Shown here piece by piece: positions 25,915 through 39,428 of a stretch of 64,000 nt of DNA. The stretch comes from Dipteris shenzhenensis (lineage: Eukaryota), in the NCBI GenBank assembly GCA_047967505.1, contig CM106538.1; one strand, given 5' to 3'. The translations under genes were made by a program, and so were the position numbers. A model generated the notes under the pieces. The model was not told the origin of the DNA and ran no database searches. It was given only the letters and a program-made list of their open reading frames with translations. How positions within the stretch are numbered: the first letter of the stretch is position 1; each line of letters starts with the position of its first letter.

Positions 25915-26140
25915 AGAAATGCAAAAATGGGGAAATGGAGATGTGGAAATGCAAAAATACAAAAATAGGAATACATAAGCAGAAATGCAAGAATGGAGAT
26001 GCGAAATGCAGAAAGAAAAATGCAAAATGTGGAAATGGAGAGCAAAAATGCAAAAACAAAATGCAGAAATGCAAAAATATGAAAATGGATATGTGGAAAT
26101 GTGGAAATGGAAATGCAAAAATGCAGAAATGCGGAAACAA
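25915..26140. repeat. AAATGC-type array, ~300 bp inside the right TIR
   Basis: Same motif and orientation as 16248-16810. Confidence 0.85.
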
Positions 26141-26437
26141 AAAGAGAGAAAAACAAGGGAAAAGGTGATCCATATGTTCTACCATCAAAACCTCATCGAG
26201 ATAAAAATGATAAAAGGAGAAATGGAAAACCATGATAAAAATAAAATGATATGCGGAGTGCATGAAACCATACGTCACCAGTGCAATGGTATGTAAGGAT
26301 AACAAAGATCCACAATACAATGATATCCCAGAGCATGAGATCATAGATCAGTAACTCGAGGGGGGGGGGAACTCTATATCACATGCATTCAATGCCTATT
26401 TGTAAAATCCCTTATAGTAAAATTTTCCTTAATAAAA

Positions 26438-26578
26438 TGTACCCTTTTTCTATACAAATCTATAAAATTTTCCCAAATTTACTTTAAATATTCCCTTATG
26501 TAAATTAATTTTTGTGAAATTTAGGAATTAAAAATAACCTTTCGTTTCATGTGACAAGGTTACATATGATGAGTGACA
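26438..26578 (-). repeat. Right terminal inverted repeat (...GGTTACATATGATGAGTGACA)
   Basis: Inverted match to 10117-10261. Confidence 0.8.
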
Positions 26579-26599
26579 ATAATGAAATATATAATGAAA

Positions 26600-27375
<776 letters not shown>

Positions 27376-29577
27376 TCTTTTTTTAATATAGTGAAATCAT
27401 ATATTTCTCTGTGGGAAACCTCAGAAGAGGTGAAAACGCACCATGAAGTACAAAATTGAAAATATTACAAGAAGGCCCCTGGGAAAAGCCAGGAGGTCAA
27501 CTGAAAACTAGAAAAGTTGAAAAGTCACTAGGGAATTCACCAAAAACAAAAGGATGAAAATATGAATCTACATGCCTCCAGGAGGCATCATAAAGACAAT
27601 ATCCTCCAAAGTGATCCTTTCTTGTACCAAAAAAGCATTGAGTGAAGTAGTAGTGCCATCAATAAAATGTAACTTCTTTTGAACTTTGTGATTCTTTTTG
27701 ACATATGCAAGAAGACGGAACAGTTGAATCACTGAGTCAAAAATCTGTTGCAACATAGGATGCATATCCTCAATTGTAAAAGTACTTTTTGAGGGAGGAG
27801 AAGCATCCTGAGTATTTTTCACTCTCAAACCCCCCAGCTTTTCCACTATATCATTATCAACTACATCGGAAGGAGAGAGATCCGACTGTGTGTCTTATTG
27901 TTTCAAATCCACCTTCAAATCCTCATGACCATCAAGAAATATATCCGAGGGAGATATATCCACATGTAGCTGCAATTCAGGCTCCTAAAGATCAGATATA
28001 ACAACAATGGAAGAAATGGAAGCATTGGAGGAAGAAGGATCGTCAATAGGAGCTAGGTGAGACTTTTGCAACTTAGAGTCTAGCATAAGAATATCCTGGC
28101 AAGAAAGAGTGTGGAAAGGATTTGACAATGTAATTGAATCTTTCCCTTAAGTGTTCACCCATCTCCATTCTCTTTTAATCTTGGGCTATTCCAACTTTTC
28201 ATATTGGAGAGGAATAGGAACATGAGGGAGGGGCAAAACAACTTTTACACAATTTGAATGACCTGCAGATGTAGGGGAATACCAAGAAAAATGACCAACC
28301 TGCTTGCATTTGTAACACGCATTCAGGTTGGAAGCAAACTTTAATAAAATGCGAAAAGGATGGGTCATACCAAAGTCAAGATCTAAACATGAAGGTATGG
28401 CTTGATCCATATTCGACAAGACACAGACTCAGATATCCCTACTCAAAATCAAAAAATCCCTGCTCAAAATCAAAAAATCCTATTTAGGAAGATGAAGACT
28501 CTACCTAAAAGAGCTGCAATAGATGAGATATGCAGGAGCAAAGGCATGGGCAAGGATTTCAGAGTGACCCATACAGGACAAAAATGCATGAGGTTCTTGG
28601 CTGGGTCAAAAAGAGAATTCCAAGGCATAGCATATGCAAAGAAACCTATGCCATGAACCCTTGCCTTACTGCCCAAATGATATACTGTTTCCACATCAAT
28701 ACATCTCGCATAATAAAAACCTTTTCCAAGAAAAACAAACGAGGAAATTTTTTCCACCCCAACAGCTACTATTGACCATGCACATAGGGAAGCTGAATTC
28801 ATTACTATGCCCATGAAATAGAGACAAACTATGAGTTGTGCGTGATAGATATTATCAAGAAAAGAGTCCATAGGGAGAGCCCTACACAGTTGCGAAAGCG
28901 AATCTTGAGCTTCCAAGATAGAATCTTCACATAAACAGCTTAGAAGATCCCTTTGCAGCAATGATGATGGATGAAGAGAGAATTTTTATTTAAGCATTTT
29001 GTCAGGTTGAGGAGAATCCAAGAGATCAAGGGCCCATTTTTTCCTTGTAGAGGCTAAGAGAAGTGTAGCGGTGGACTGAAAAGTAAAAGGAGCACCAGCA
29101 AATGGAACATCCGACAAAACTATAAGTTTTGTCCCAGTAGAGGCTAAGAGAAGGGCAGTGGAGGACTAAAGGGAAGAAGGAACATCTAACGTATCTATAG
29201 ATGCTATAGGAGACAAAACAAATGACAAAAAGGATGCTACAATAGATGGAACAGCCGAGGTAGCAACTGATTGAGGGTCTAGGTGAAACAAAGGTGATGA
29301 AAAGGAAAACGAAGGTGTACCAAGAGAACACATAGGAGGCAGATCATCAGAACACACAGGAGGTAGATTAGCTGAACACCTAGGAGGCAGAGCAGTAGAA
29401 CATGCAGAAGGCAAACTAGCAAAAACAACAAGAGAACACATAAAGGGTGAAGCAGAGGGTGGACCAACAGAACACGTAGAGGGCGAACCAAAGGACAAAC
29501 CAACAAAAATAGTAGGAGGAGATGACGAAAAAGGAAACAATGGCACAGAGAGCCATCTCAACCATCTCTCTCACCAC
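27376..29577 (-). mobile_element. L1-type LINE derivative encoding only ORF1 (DUF4283-like plus CCHC knuckle), short poly(A), flanked by (CA)n
   Basis: FLGKGFYY, YAMPWNSLFDP..CPVWVTLKSLP, NACYKCKQVGHFS; stop near 27568, ~190-bp 3' tail, A7 at 27378-27384; no endonuclease or RT. Confidence 0.75.
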
Positions 29578-29909
29578 CACACACACACACACACACACAC
29601 ACACATGCACACGCAGACACAAAAACAATATTTTTTTATTTATACCAATTTTTTTTTAAACCAAATGCAAAATAAAGTATAAAATAAAAGAAGAGTTTAC
29701 AAAGCCATGTGACAACGTAGCAATATTATTTATATTCTTCTCACATCATGTAAACTCTAAATCAAATCCTATTTGCATGCACACTCAATATTTAAATCTT
29801 GCTAAAATTTGAAAAGGCCAATCATTTGTTAATTGCAGACAAGATAGCTAAAGTCAATATCATGTATTTAAATGTGCTTTCAAGTAGGCCACCTTCCGAT
29901 TCAAATTAT

Positions 29910-30190
29910 AGTACCTTATGGTGCCACAAAAAGTCCCTTTTGGTATACCAAAAAGTCTGTTATGGTATCCCAAAAAGTCCCTTATGGGATCCTAAAAGTT
30001 TCTTGTGGGACCCCAAAAAGTCCGTTGTGGTACCCCCAAAATTCCCCTATGGTACCTGAAAAATTCCCTTGTGGTACCCTTAAAAATCGATTATGGTACC
30101 CCAAAAAGTCCCTTGTGGTACCCCAAAAGTTCTCTTATAGTACCCAAAAAGTCTCCTATGGCAATCTACAAATTACCTCTTGGTACCTCT
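29910..30190. repeat. ~21-22-bp degenerate tandem repeat (GTGGTACCCCAAAAAGTCCCTT)
   Basis: About a dozen GGTACC-centred units. Confidence 0.85.
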
Positions 30191-30534
30191 TCAATGTACT
30201 TGATTGTATCTTTAAAAGTATCTCATTATAGAGTCAAAGTGTCCCAATATACCATCCAAAGTACATTGTACCCCAAGTTACATTGAATTGACATGCGAGT
30301 CTTTGATGGACATGATACTTTCATGCATCTCATTTGAACACATCTTAAAGGCCGTGAAAAGTATCATGCCCATCTGATATGGTACGCATGGTCAGGGATA
30401 CCTTATATGATGTTTTGCATGAGCCATCATGCACAAGAGTGAAACAACATGCTTCGATGTGGCTTATTTAAATGTGTGAGTCTCTGATGGACATGAACCT
30501 ATGCATGTGCCTCCATGTCACTTACCCTAATGCA

Positions 30535-31509
30535 TGTACTATTAACTAGAAAAGAACTCAAGACAAGAGGCTAGATGCTAGGCATGGCGATGCCCGAGGG
30601 CCATATAGGAAAAGGGAACGTGAGGGGAGAAGCGTTAACATGGGTGGGGGAAAGGGATTAAGAGGGGTGGGGCTAAAGAGGGGGACTATGGCATAAGGGG
30701 AGAGGGAGAGGGGAAAGAGGAGCATGTACATAATGGGACAAGGAATGTAGGAGGGTCATGCTTTATTTGAAACGAAGGATGGGTGGAAGAAGTCAAAGTA
30801 CTAGCTAGGTGGCTTTACAAGAATGAGCGTGTCCCATCAAGGAATAGCCCCCTCCTTTTATAGCCAAGAGAGGGAGTCTCTCCCAATAATGCATCCTCCC
30901 ACACGCATGGTGTGTGGAAGAGTCTCCCATGTGGGCTAGGCGGTTACGTGCTCTCAATTGTGTGCGACAACCCTTTGTCTCATTTTTCCACATAAATCAA
31001 CCCCCATATCCCAAGTCTAAGATACTCCCTTGGTCTCTTCCCAATTTTATAATACGTTTAAACATTTAGGAGGACAAGTAGACAAGAAATCTTGCCACCT
31101 CATCCTACTTTCCCATTATTTAACTTACATTCTTGGACTTTCTAGAAACCCCCCCCCCACATGGGCCTATCCTACATGGAGGGAATAATCCAATATAATC
31201 TCCATCTCGACCTATTTTATATTACTTCTCCCATGGTCCTTGGGCCATATCTCACTAAATGCAGGCGTGGGACTGGTGGAGGGGTGGTACATGGAGGACC
31301 CATGCCACCTTAGCATTTTAAATTATTACTACCATGGATTTTGTACAACACACCTTATGGGTCCTCTTACGTGGAAGGGTGGCACATGGTCATGCCCTGC
31401 CACCTCAACCCTGGACCTTATGCACACCATATTTTATTATACTATTACCACACATACAAGCATACACACATATTTACGCCTTTTACTTTGGTCAAATTTA
31501 TGCATAATA
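30535..31509 (-). mobile_element. 3' LTR of Gypsy element 3
   Basis: Follows PPT (G-run, 31511-31522 on - strand); TATA CTATAAAAGG ~30855; ends ...AGTACA at 30535. Confidence 0.65.
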
Positions 31510-31539
31510 GTTCCCCCCCCCCAAGCAGGGAATGCACAG

Positions 31540-33700
31540 CATTTCCATGCCTGGGACCAATCACGCACAAAGACGGGCTTGAGATAATGCTTGTTCATCA
31601 CCTTCTTACCATATGGCTCATGCAGCTCCTGAACTTGTACAGACCCATTGCTACGTTCCTTGATGACTTTGTATGGACTAGTCCACAGTGGCAGGAACTT
31701 CTTATCCATTTGGTGGTCCAATCTGTTATCAAAGCATAGCACAGCATCCCCCTCAGCAAAGTGTCTTTCCCATCCCTTGTGAATTTTAGCATCCAAGTGG
31801 GCTTTTTTCGATTTTTTTAGATCTCTGTTTGATGTAGTGCAAGGCATCAAGTTTCATCTAACTTCTCAAGTTGTACCAACCTATCCTCTACATGTTCATC
31901 TTTTGTCATCCTCTGTTCTTGTGCCAATCTCAAGGCTGGAATCTCTATCTCTAGGGGTAAAACTGCCTCAGTACTGTACACCAACTTAAAAGGAGTGTGA
32001 CTTGTAGACATTTCATGAGTGATGTTGTAAGCCCACACAACTTCAGTGACCTTGTAATCCCATTGGCCCCCGTCCCTTGTGGCCATTTTTTCCATGGATT
32101 TACAAAGGAGGCCATTGGTCTGCTCCGTTTGTCCCATAGATGCTGGATAATAGATGCTAGAAGTGCGATGATCAATACCCATGTGCTCCATGAGCAACTC
32201 CATTGCTTCATTTAAGAATGGACTCCCATGGTCAGATACTATTTCCATGGGTGTCCCAAACCTTGTGTAGATACGTTCAAATATGAAATTTGAAACTGCC
32301 TTACCATTTGCAGCGGGGAGGGCGATAGCTTCAGCCCACTTAGTGACATACTAAGTGGCTACCAAAAGATACTTCTTTTTGCGGGCAGTCATGGGTAGGG
32401 GCCCAACAAAATCTATTCCCCACTTCTGAAACGGACGGATGGACATCTCTGGGTGATGCTACCCAGGACACAAATCCTTCCTACCAAAGAATTGGCATGG
32501 TTCACAAGTTTCGCAATACATAGTGACATCCTTGAACAAGGTCGGCCAATAGTACCCAGCATGTAGAATCATCTTAGCTATATAGTCACCGGCATAGTGG
32601 CCTCCACAAAATTCATCATGATAATGCTTTAATACCTTAGGTACTTCATTTTCATCAATGGCCCATCTTAGTACCCCATTCGGGCCTTGACAGTATAACA
32701 CCCCATTAAAGAGAGTGTAGCGCCTACTATCTCTACAGATTTTCTTTCTCTCATAGCTAGTACTTTCTAGAGGAAAGGAGAAAGCGGTCAAAATCCTATA
32801 GATACCACCATACCATGGATCCCCAACTTCTATGGCTGCTACAAGGGTTACATCGAGGCACTCCTCTAAATCAATCAAAGCACTCTTCAAGTTGGAACAA
32901 CCCCTTTTACAATTTTGAAAGAAAAATCATATTCTTGTAAAACTGCCAACCATTTGGCCGATCGGCCCATGGGATTTGGTGATTGAAGAACCTGCTTTGC
33001 AAGACCATTGCTACATATTATAATGAAGGACTTTTTAGTAGCATAATGCTTAAATTTCTCAATGCAAAACACCAAAGACAAAGGATGCTTGTCAGCCTCA
33101 GAGTAGCATCGTTTAGTTTCAAGCAATTGTCGAGAAGCAAATCAAACGGGATACATGAACCGATCCTCCCCTTGCTAGAGAAGAATACCCGCCAGAGTGT
33201 GCTCACCAAACCCAAGATTGATATAGAAAGTCTTTGACCAATCAGGATTGCATAGAATGGGTTTTGAAGCTAGAGCACTCTTGATTTGTATAAACCCATG
33301 ATCACAATCCTCATCCCGAGAGAAATCAACTCTATCTTTTAATAGCATAGTCATGGGTTGCATCAAAGCAGCATATTGATCAATGAAGTGGTGATAGTAT
33401 CCTGCTAGATTGACAAATGAGCATACCTGACATTTGGTTATTGGTGGGGAGAGCTTGAGGATAGCTTCTACCTTCTTGGGGTCAGGCTTGACACCCTCGA
33501 ATGAGACAATATGTCCCAATAACCTCCCTTGAGTGGCTCCAATGGTGCCTTTATCAGGGTTGAGGCTCCCATTCACATCATTGACTTTGGAAGGCCAGCC
33601 TAACGTTCATGGCATGCTCCTTACGTGCTAAGAATATATAGAAATCATCTAGAAAACCCGCTACTCTTGCAATGGCTATGATATGCTATGGAGGGGTCTG
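31540..33700 (-). pseudogene. pol: Gypsy element 3 pol remnant (RT C-term, degenerate RH, INT)
   Basis: GFLDDF, LLGHIVS, HDEFCGGHYAG..CETCEPCQ, QKWGIDFVGP, IVSDHGSPF, KFLPLWTSPY. Confidence 0.9.
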
Positions 33701-33908
33701 GATCATGTGTCCGAGGACAAAAACAAAGCAACGCTCAACATCAGTATTGAAGGAAAATTTTGTTCCTCTCCAATTTGATGTGTACTCTCTATTCTTTGTT
33801 CAGTTTTTGTTCCACTGCACCCTATAATTTAACTTGGTATCAGAGCCCAGGTGGCTCTAAGGATCAAAGAATAGAAGCGATGCAAGGGCTTCAACAGCAT
33901 ACGGAGTG

Positions 33909-36900
33909 ATGGCAATAGGAAGCGGCTCAACAGGAAGCAGCTCGAGTTCAGCAGCTACTGCTGCACCAACAAGCCAGGCATTGAAGGCAAGCTCGATGGT
34001 ACGAACTACACTCTATGGAAGTTTAAATTATTTACTATTCTGGATTCATATGAGCTTCTGGAGATAGTACTGGGGACTGACCCAGAACCACAAGGAACCC
34101 TTGACCCAACAAATTCGAGGAGTATGATACCTCCTAATGTCGACCTTCTACGAGCTTGGAAACGTAGGAACGCAGATGCTCTATGTGCCCAAGTTACAAG
34201 TACTAGTGATAGTGATTTTGACCTTGATTTAGCATACATCTAAGGCAACTGTGGCCTGGAACATATTGAAGAGTCAGTATGAGATGTAGAATCAGACAAG
34301 GATCCAGCTCGCAGTAGAGAAGTTTAATGAAGGAGAGAGAGCGGAGGTGTTCATAACCCAAATCCAAAATCTGCGTGACTAGATGGTTGGTGTTGGGATA
34401 CAAAAGACTAGCAAAGAGCTAGCTCGGCGATGTCTCCGGATATGTCCACCAAGGTTTGATGGACTAGTAACAGCGCTTAACACTCAGGTGAGACCCCAAC
34501 CATTGTCATTTGAGGAGTTATGTGCTTTACTTCTGGAGGAGGAATTGAGGCTTAAAGCTCGAGATGGAGGTGGCAATGGTGATGCTGCTTTCTCTACCAC
34601 TACAAAAGGCAAAGGTGGTTCCTCCACCAAAGGTGAGTCCTCTACTAGTAGTGACAAAAAGAAGAAGGGCGGCAAGAAGAAGTTTCAGGGAGAATGCTTC
34701 TACTACAAAAAGAAGGGCCATATGATTGTAGATTGCCAGGTCAAGAAAGTAGATGAAAAGAATAGTATCTTGAAGAAGACAGATAAGGGGAAAGAGATAG
34801 CTAACATAGCGGAAGCAGAGTTGGATCTATTTCTGGCCATTGAGGAAGAGTGTTCCTCAGTTCAAGTAGCTTCAACCACTAATTCATGGGTGTTGGATAG
34901 TGGTGCCTCCCGCCACATGACCTATAAGAAGGGTCTATATTGCTCCATGCAGCCTCTACAGGAACCCATCACTATGATGGTTGGTAATAATGCAAAATGC
35001 CTTGTTGAGCGTATAGGTACAGTTTCATCTGTTTCTGTGGATGGAGATGTTAAGAAACTATCTAATGTGCTGTATGTTCCACAAATCAAGAGAAATTTGC
35101 TATCAGTTGCTGACCTTGACCATGAGGTGAGGTTTAACAAGATAGGAGCAAATTTTTTGGATAGTGCAGGCAATGTTGTTGGCACAGGAGTAAGGAGGAA
35201 CAACCTGTATGAGCTAAGTTCTCTTACATCCACAACTGGAGTGGGCACAAGCAGACTTTGGCATGAAAGATTTGGCCACATCAGATTTGTAGTGCTGAAG
35301 GAGATGCAAAAGCAAGGTATGGTGGCTCACTTACCTGCAGTCATAGAAATCAAAGAACCATGTGAAGCTTGCATGATGGGCAAGCAACAAAGAAAGGCAT
35401 TCCCACAAGAAGGCAAGAATAGAGCAAACACTCCTCTAGAGTTTGTGCATGTTGACTTGTGCAGTAAGATGCCTACACAAGCCTTGGGGGGATCTTCCTA
35501 TTTTTTATTGATTGTCGACGATTATAGTAGGAAGATGTGGGTGTACTTTTTTAGGGAAAAGGCCCAAGCTTTTGGTAAATTTAAAGAATGGCTACAGCTT
35601 GTTGAAAATGAAACAGGGAGAAAAGTGAAGAAAATAAGATCGGATGGTGGTGGTGAGTTTGTTTCTACAAAGTTTGGAGATTTTTGCAAGAGCAAAGGGA
35701 TCAAGCGACAAATGACAACACCACATATGCCTCAACAAAATTCGGTTGTTGAATGCCGAATGCGGACCACGGTGGAGATGGGGAGGTGTATGTTAAAAGG
35801 TGCTAGACTGCCAAACCACTTTTGGGCTGAGGTATCAATACTATGGTTTACATCCTTAATCACAACTATACAAAGGCACTCAAAGGTAAAACACCACATG
35901 AGACTTATAGCGGTAAGAAGCCATCTGTCTCCCACTTTAGAACGTTTGGGTGTGAATGCTATGCGCATGTACCAAACAAAGAGAGAAACAAGCTTATCTT
36001 CTTAGGCTATTGTGATGAGAAGAAAGCCTATAAGTTGTATGGCCAAGAGGCAAAGAAGATCATAGTGAGCTACAATGTGGTGTTCAATGAGCAGCCACAT
36101 GCAATGGAGGTAGAGAAGAGCTCTTTCACTTTATCATCAAGTGAAGAGGTAATTCAATATGGACCTATCCCAAGAGCTATAAAGGAGGAAATATCAGATG
36201 ATGAAGGTATAAGTCACCAACCTTTTGTTACACCACTGGAAAAGCCATTGCCGCGATGGGTAAGGCAGCTCTACAACTATGATAACCAGATGCCTATGTC
36301 TGTTGATTAGCATGCAAATGGAACAAGGCGGTCTCAGAGAATTGAGGAGCAAAGGAGGGCTTCTGCTCACATAGCCAATATGGCCTTGATGGCTGAGATT
36401 ATTATAGAAGTAAAGGAGCCTGTGAGTTTGGAGGAAGCACTTACAGACTGAGATTGGAAAAATGCTATGCAAGTAGAAGATGATAGCATCATGAAGAATG
36501 AAACTTGGGAACTGGTAGATCGACCACCTAACAGAAAGGTTATTGGCACCAAGTGGGTTTGGAAGGTAAAGTACAAGGCCGATGGGACTTTGGAAAAGTA
36601 CAAAGCCAGATTGGTTACACAAGGATTTCCATGGGTTGAAGGGTTTGATTTTTAGGAATCTTTTGCTATCAAATGGATGTTAAATCAGCATTCTTGAATG
36701 GTGACCTCAAGGAGGAGGTGTATGTGGCTCAGCCACCTGGGTTTGAGGACCCCCATTCTAAGAACAAGGTATGTAAGCTGAAGAAGGCTCTGTACGGTGG
36801 GCTGAAATAGGCCCCAAGAGCATGGTACCAATGGATAGACAAATTCTTTCATAAATTAAACTTCAAAAGATGTGCCTCAGATGCCAACTTATATGTGTAC

Positions 36901-38007
36901 AAGAAAGGTGGAAAAATTGCTATTATTGTTCTATATGTGGATGATCTCCTTATTACAGGTGACTATGAAGACATGATCTAGCAGACTAGAAAGGAATTGA
37001 GCTTCAAAAGATGTGCCTCAGATGCCAACTTATATGTGTACGAAAGGTGGAAAAACTGCTATTATTATTCTATATGTGGATGATCTCCTTATTACAGGTG
37101 ACTATGAAGACATGATCTAGCAGACTAGAAAGGAATTGAGCACAGAGTTTGAGATGATAGACTTAGGCTTGATGCACTACTATTTGGGGATTGAAGTCTA
37201 GCAAGATCCAAAAAAGATCTTCATCTCTCAACAAAATAATGCAAGCAAGATCTTGAAGGCATTTGGTATGTCTGAGTGCAAGGAGATAGCTACACCTATG
37301 GAGGTAAATGCGAGGTTGTCTATGGAGTATGCCTCACCACCAGTAGACATCGGGAGGTATAGGAAGTTGGTCGGTAGTCTCATCTATCGTGCAACATCAG
37401 ATCGGACATTAGTTTTGATGTTGGCGTTTTGAGCAAGTTCTCCAATAAGCCCCGAGAGAATCATTGGAATGCAGAGATGCAGGTGCTCAGGTATGTGAAG
37501 GGCAATCTTGACTATGGCATCACCTATGGTATGGGCACTTCCTTGGCTGGTCATTGTGACTCAGATTGGGCTAGAGATGTTGATTCTAAGAAATCAGTTT
37601 TTGGATATTGTTTCTCTTTAGGTTCAGGTATCTTCTCTGGGATCAATAAGAAACAACCAACAGTGGCATTGTCTTCTACCAAGGCTGAGTACAAGGTAGC
37701 ATGTTTTGCTGCATGTGAAGCAGTCTAGTTGAGGAGGATCTTATGGCACATGGGAGTACAAGAGGATGAGGCGATTGTGCTAAGGTGCAACAATCAAAGT
37801 TGCATGGCTAAAAATACAGTGTTTCATGCGTGCACAAAATATATAGAGATTCAATATCACTATGTGTGTGATTTGATTGAGGACAGGATAGTGGAATTGG
37901 TCTACTGTCCAACAGAGCAAAATGGAGTAGATGTCTTCACCAAGGCATTCGGGAAGGATCAACTTCAGGGTCATCTTCAAAGACTTGGCATTGGGTCGAG
38001 AACCTAG
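33909..38007 (+). pseudogene. Copia gag-pol, disrupted
   Basis: [84 protein letters not shown]; deletion ~36670 and 141-bp duplication 36861-37141. Confidence 0.92.
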
Positions 38008-38037
38008 TTCAGCTATGGGTGGACATTGAGAGGGGCT

Positions 38038-38680
38038 TGTTAGATATGCTCAATGCCCCACCCTCCTGGTAACCACCAGTGGTCAAAGATGCTCAAGTTG
38101 TAAGGCCCCCATAAGAGGAGAAGCCATGTGTGAGCTCAGGACATTGGATGGATCCTGACTTGCATGTGAGATGAGGTCTATCAGTGAGACTGTTGATGGT
38201 AGAAAGGTGATTGTGTGGGGACCCCTTATTCTTGTTGGGGCCTGGGGGGTAGCTGGGGGGTCCCATGGGAGCCGCTAGCCCCCCTGGTGGGGGTTCGGGG
38301 GTGGGAGCCCCTGAGGTGATGGTATAGGGAATATTCCTTGAATATTCCATGGATGACTAGTCGTTTCCTTCGACTAGGCCAACTGGTCAACTCCACCGAC
38401 TATGTTGATCCGACTACTCCACTCATAGCTATAAAGAGGTGACCTCCCCAGTCCATTGTATCAGATCAGTTCAGATCAGAGATTCGATCTTCCAGCTAGT
38501 AGCTCTTAACCTAGTATCTATCTAGATCACCATCTAAGCTCCACTATGGGAGTGAATGGGTGGATGGAGCCATCATCTGTACAACATCAATATTGAAGGA
38601 AAAGTTTGTTCCTCTCCAATTTGCTATGTACTCTCTATTCTTTGTTTAGTTTCTGTTCCACTATGCTGTGTAATTTAACA
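38038..38680 (+). repeat. Copia family A 3' LTR (643 bp)
   Basis: TGTTAG...TTAACA, TATA CTATAAAGAGG ~38429; homologous to 4691-4969, 33736-33833 and 61118-61664. Confidence 0.9.
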
Positions 38681-39420
38681 AGCCCTTGCTGCATCTCACA
38701 TCTCACCTTAGGGCTTAATGCTATTAGTTGAGGAAGCATGATGCTCAAAGACCGATGAATGAGGTCCTGAACGACCGAATAGTCCTCTTGCCCCCAACTG
38801 ATGGAAAAATACGAGGGCGACCACTTACTCCTGCGAGATCTTAAGTCTTCTCTATTGGTGGGTCTGCCATCTTAGCATCTGAGGGCTTTGAGAAGGACAC
38901 CTTCTTCCTGAGGTGGCCTAGTCCATGGTTTGGAGAGGGGTCTCAGGTCGTATGACTTCTTTTCTCAAGGTTAAGGATCTCTACGTCAGAATCCTCGGTG
39001 CTTGATTCACTTAGAAGATTCACCCTTGGAATATTGGGGCATTTCGTGCGATAATAACTGGTGGCACTCGTAGCACACAACATTGGCACGTTCTCTTGGA
39101 GGGCAATTGGCTTGATTTTTGATGCCCACCATCTCAAGCCAAAGATCATTCAGGGCCTTGGCTAGGTCATTGTCTCTGGGTTCTTTAGCAAGAGGGGCCG
39201 GGGAGTACGAAGGAGGGGGGCTCATGGGCAAGGCTGGGGAAATCTTCCAAGTGGAGGTTGAGGATATACTCCTTGTCGAGGGTAAGCATCTAAGGGAGGA
39301 CCATACATTTGAGGTGGAGGCAGTGGATACATCCCTAATGGGGGGTGGGGGTATGCCCCTGAGTTGGACCCCCTAGGTTATTGTTGCAAGAATTGAGGGG
39401 GTTGCGGAAGGACAATCATC
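38681..39420 (-). pseudogene. gag: Gypsy gag fragment (possibly element 3)
   Basis: Pro-rich segment, DLAKALNDL, knuckle VVCYECHQ..Y..KCPN; same strand as the pol at 31540-33700. Confidence 0.5.
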
Positions 39421-39428
39421 TTCTTTGA

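Larger units (their letters stand above)
33736..38680 (+). mobile_element. Ty1/Copia family A, degenerate; 5' LTR truncated
   Basis: LTR remnant 33736-33833, PBS TGGTATCAGAGC 33835-33846, gag-PR-INT-RT-RH, PPT ~38027-38036, 3' LTR 38038-38680 (TG...CA). Confidence 0.93.

Noticed and set aside
29910-30190. Palindromic GGTACC repeats as CRISPR or operator array
   Set aside because: Degenerate minisatellite without spacers
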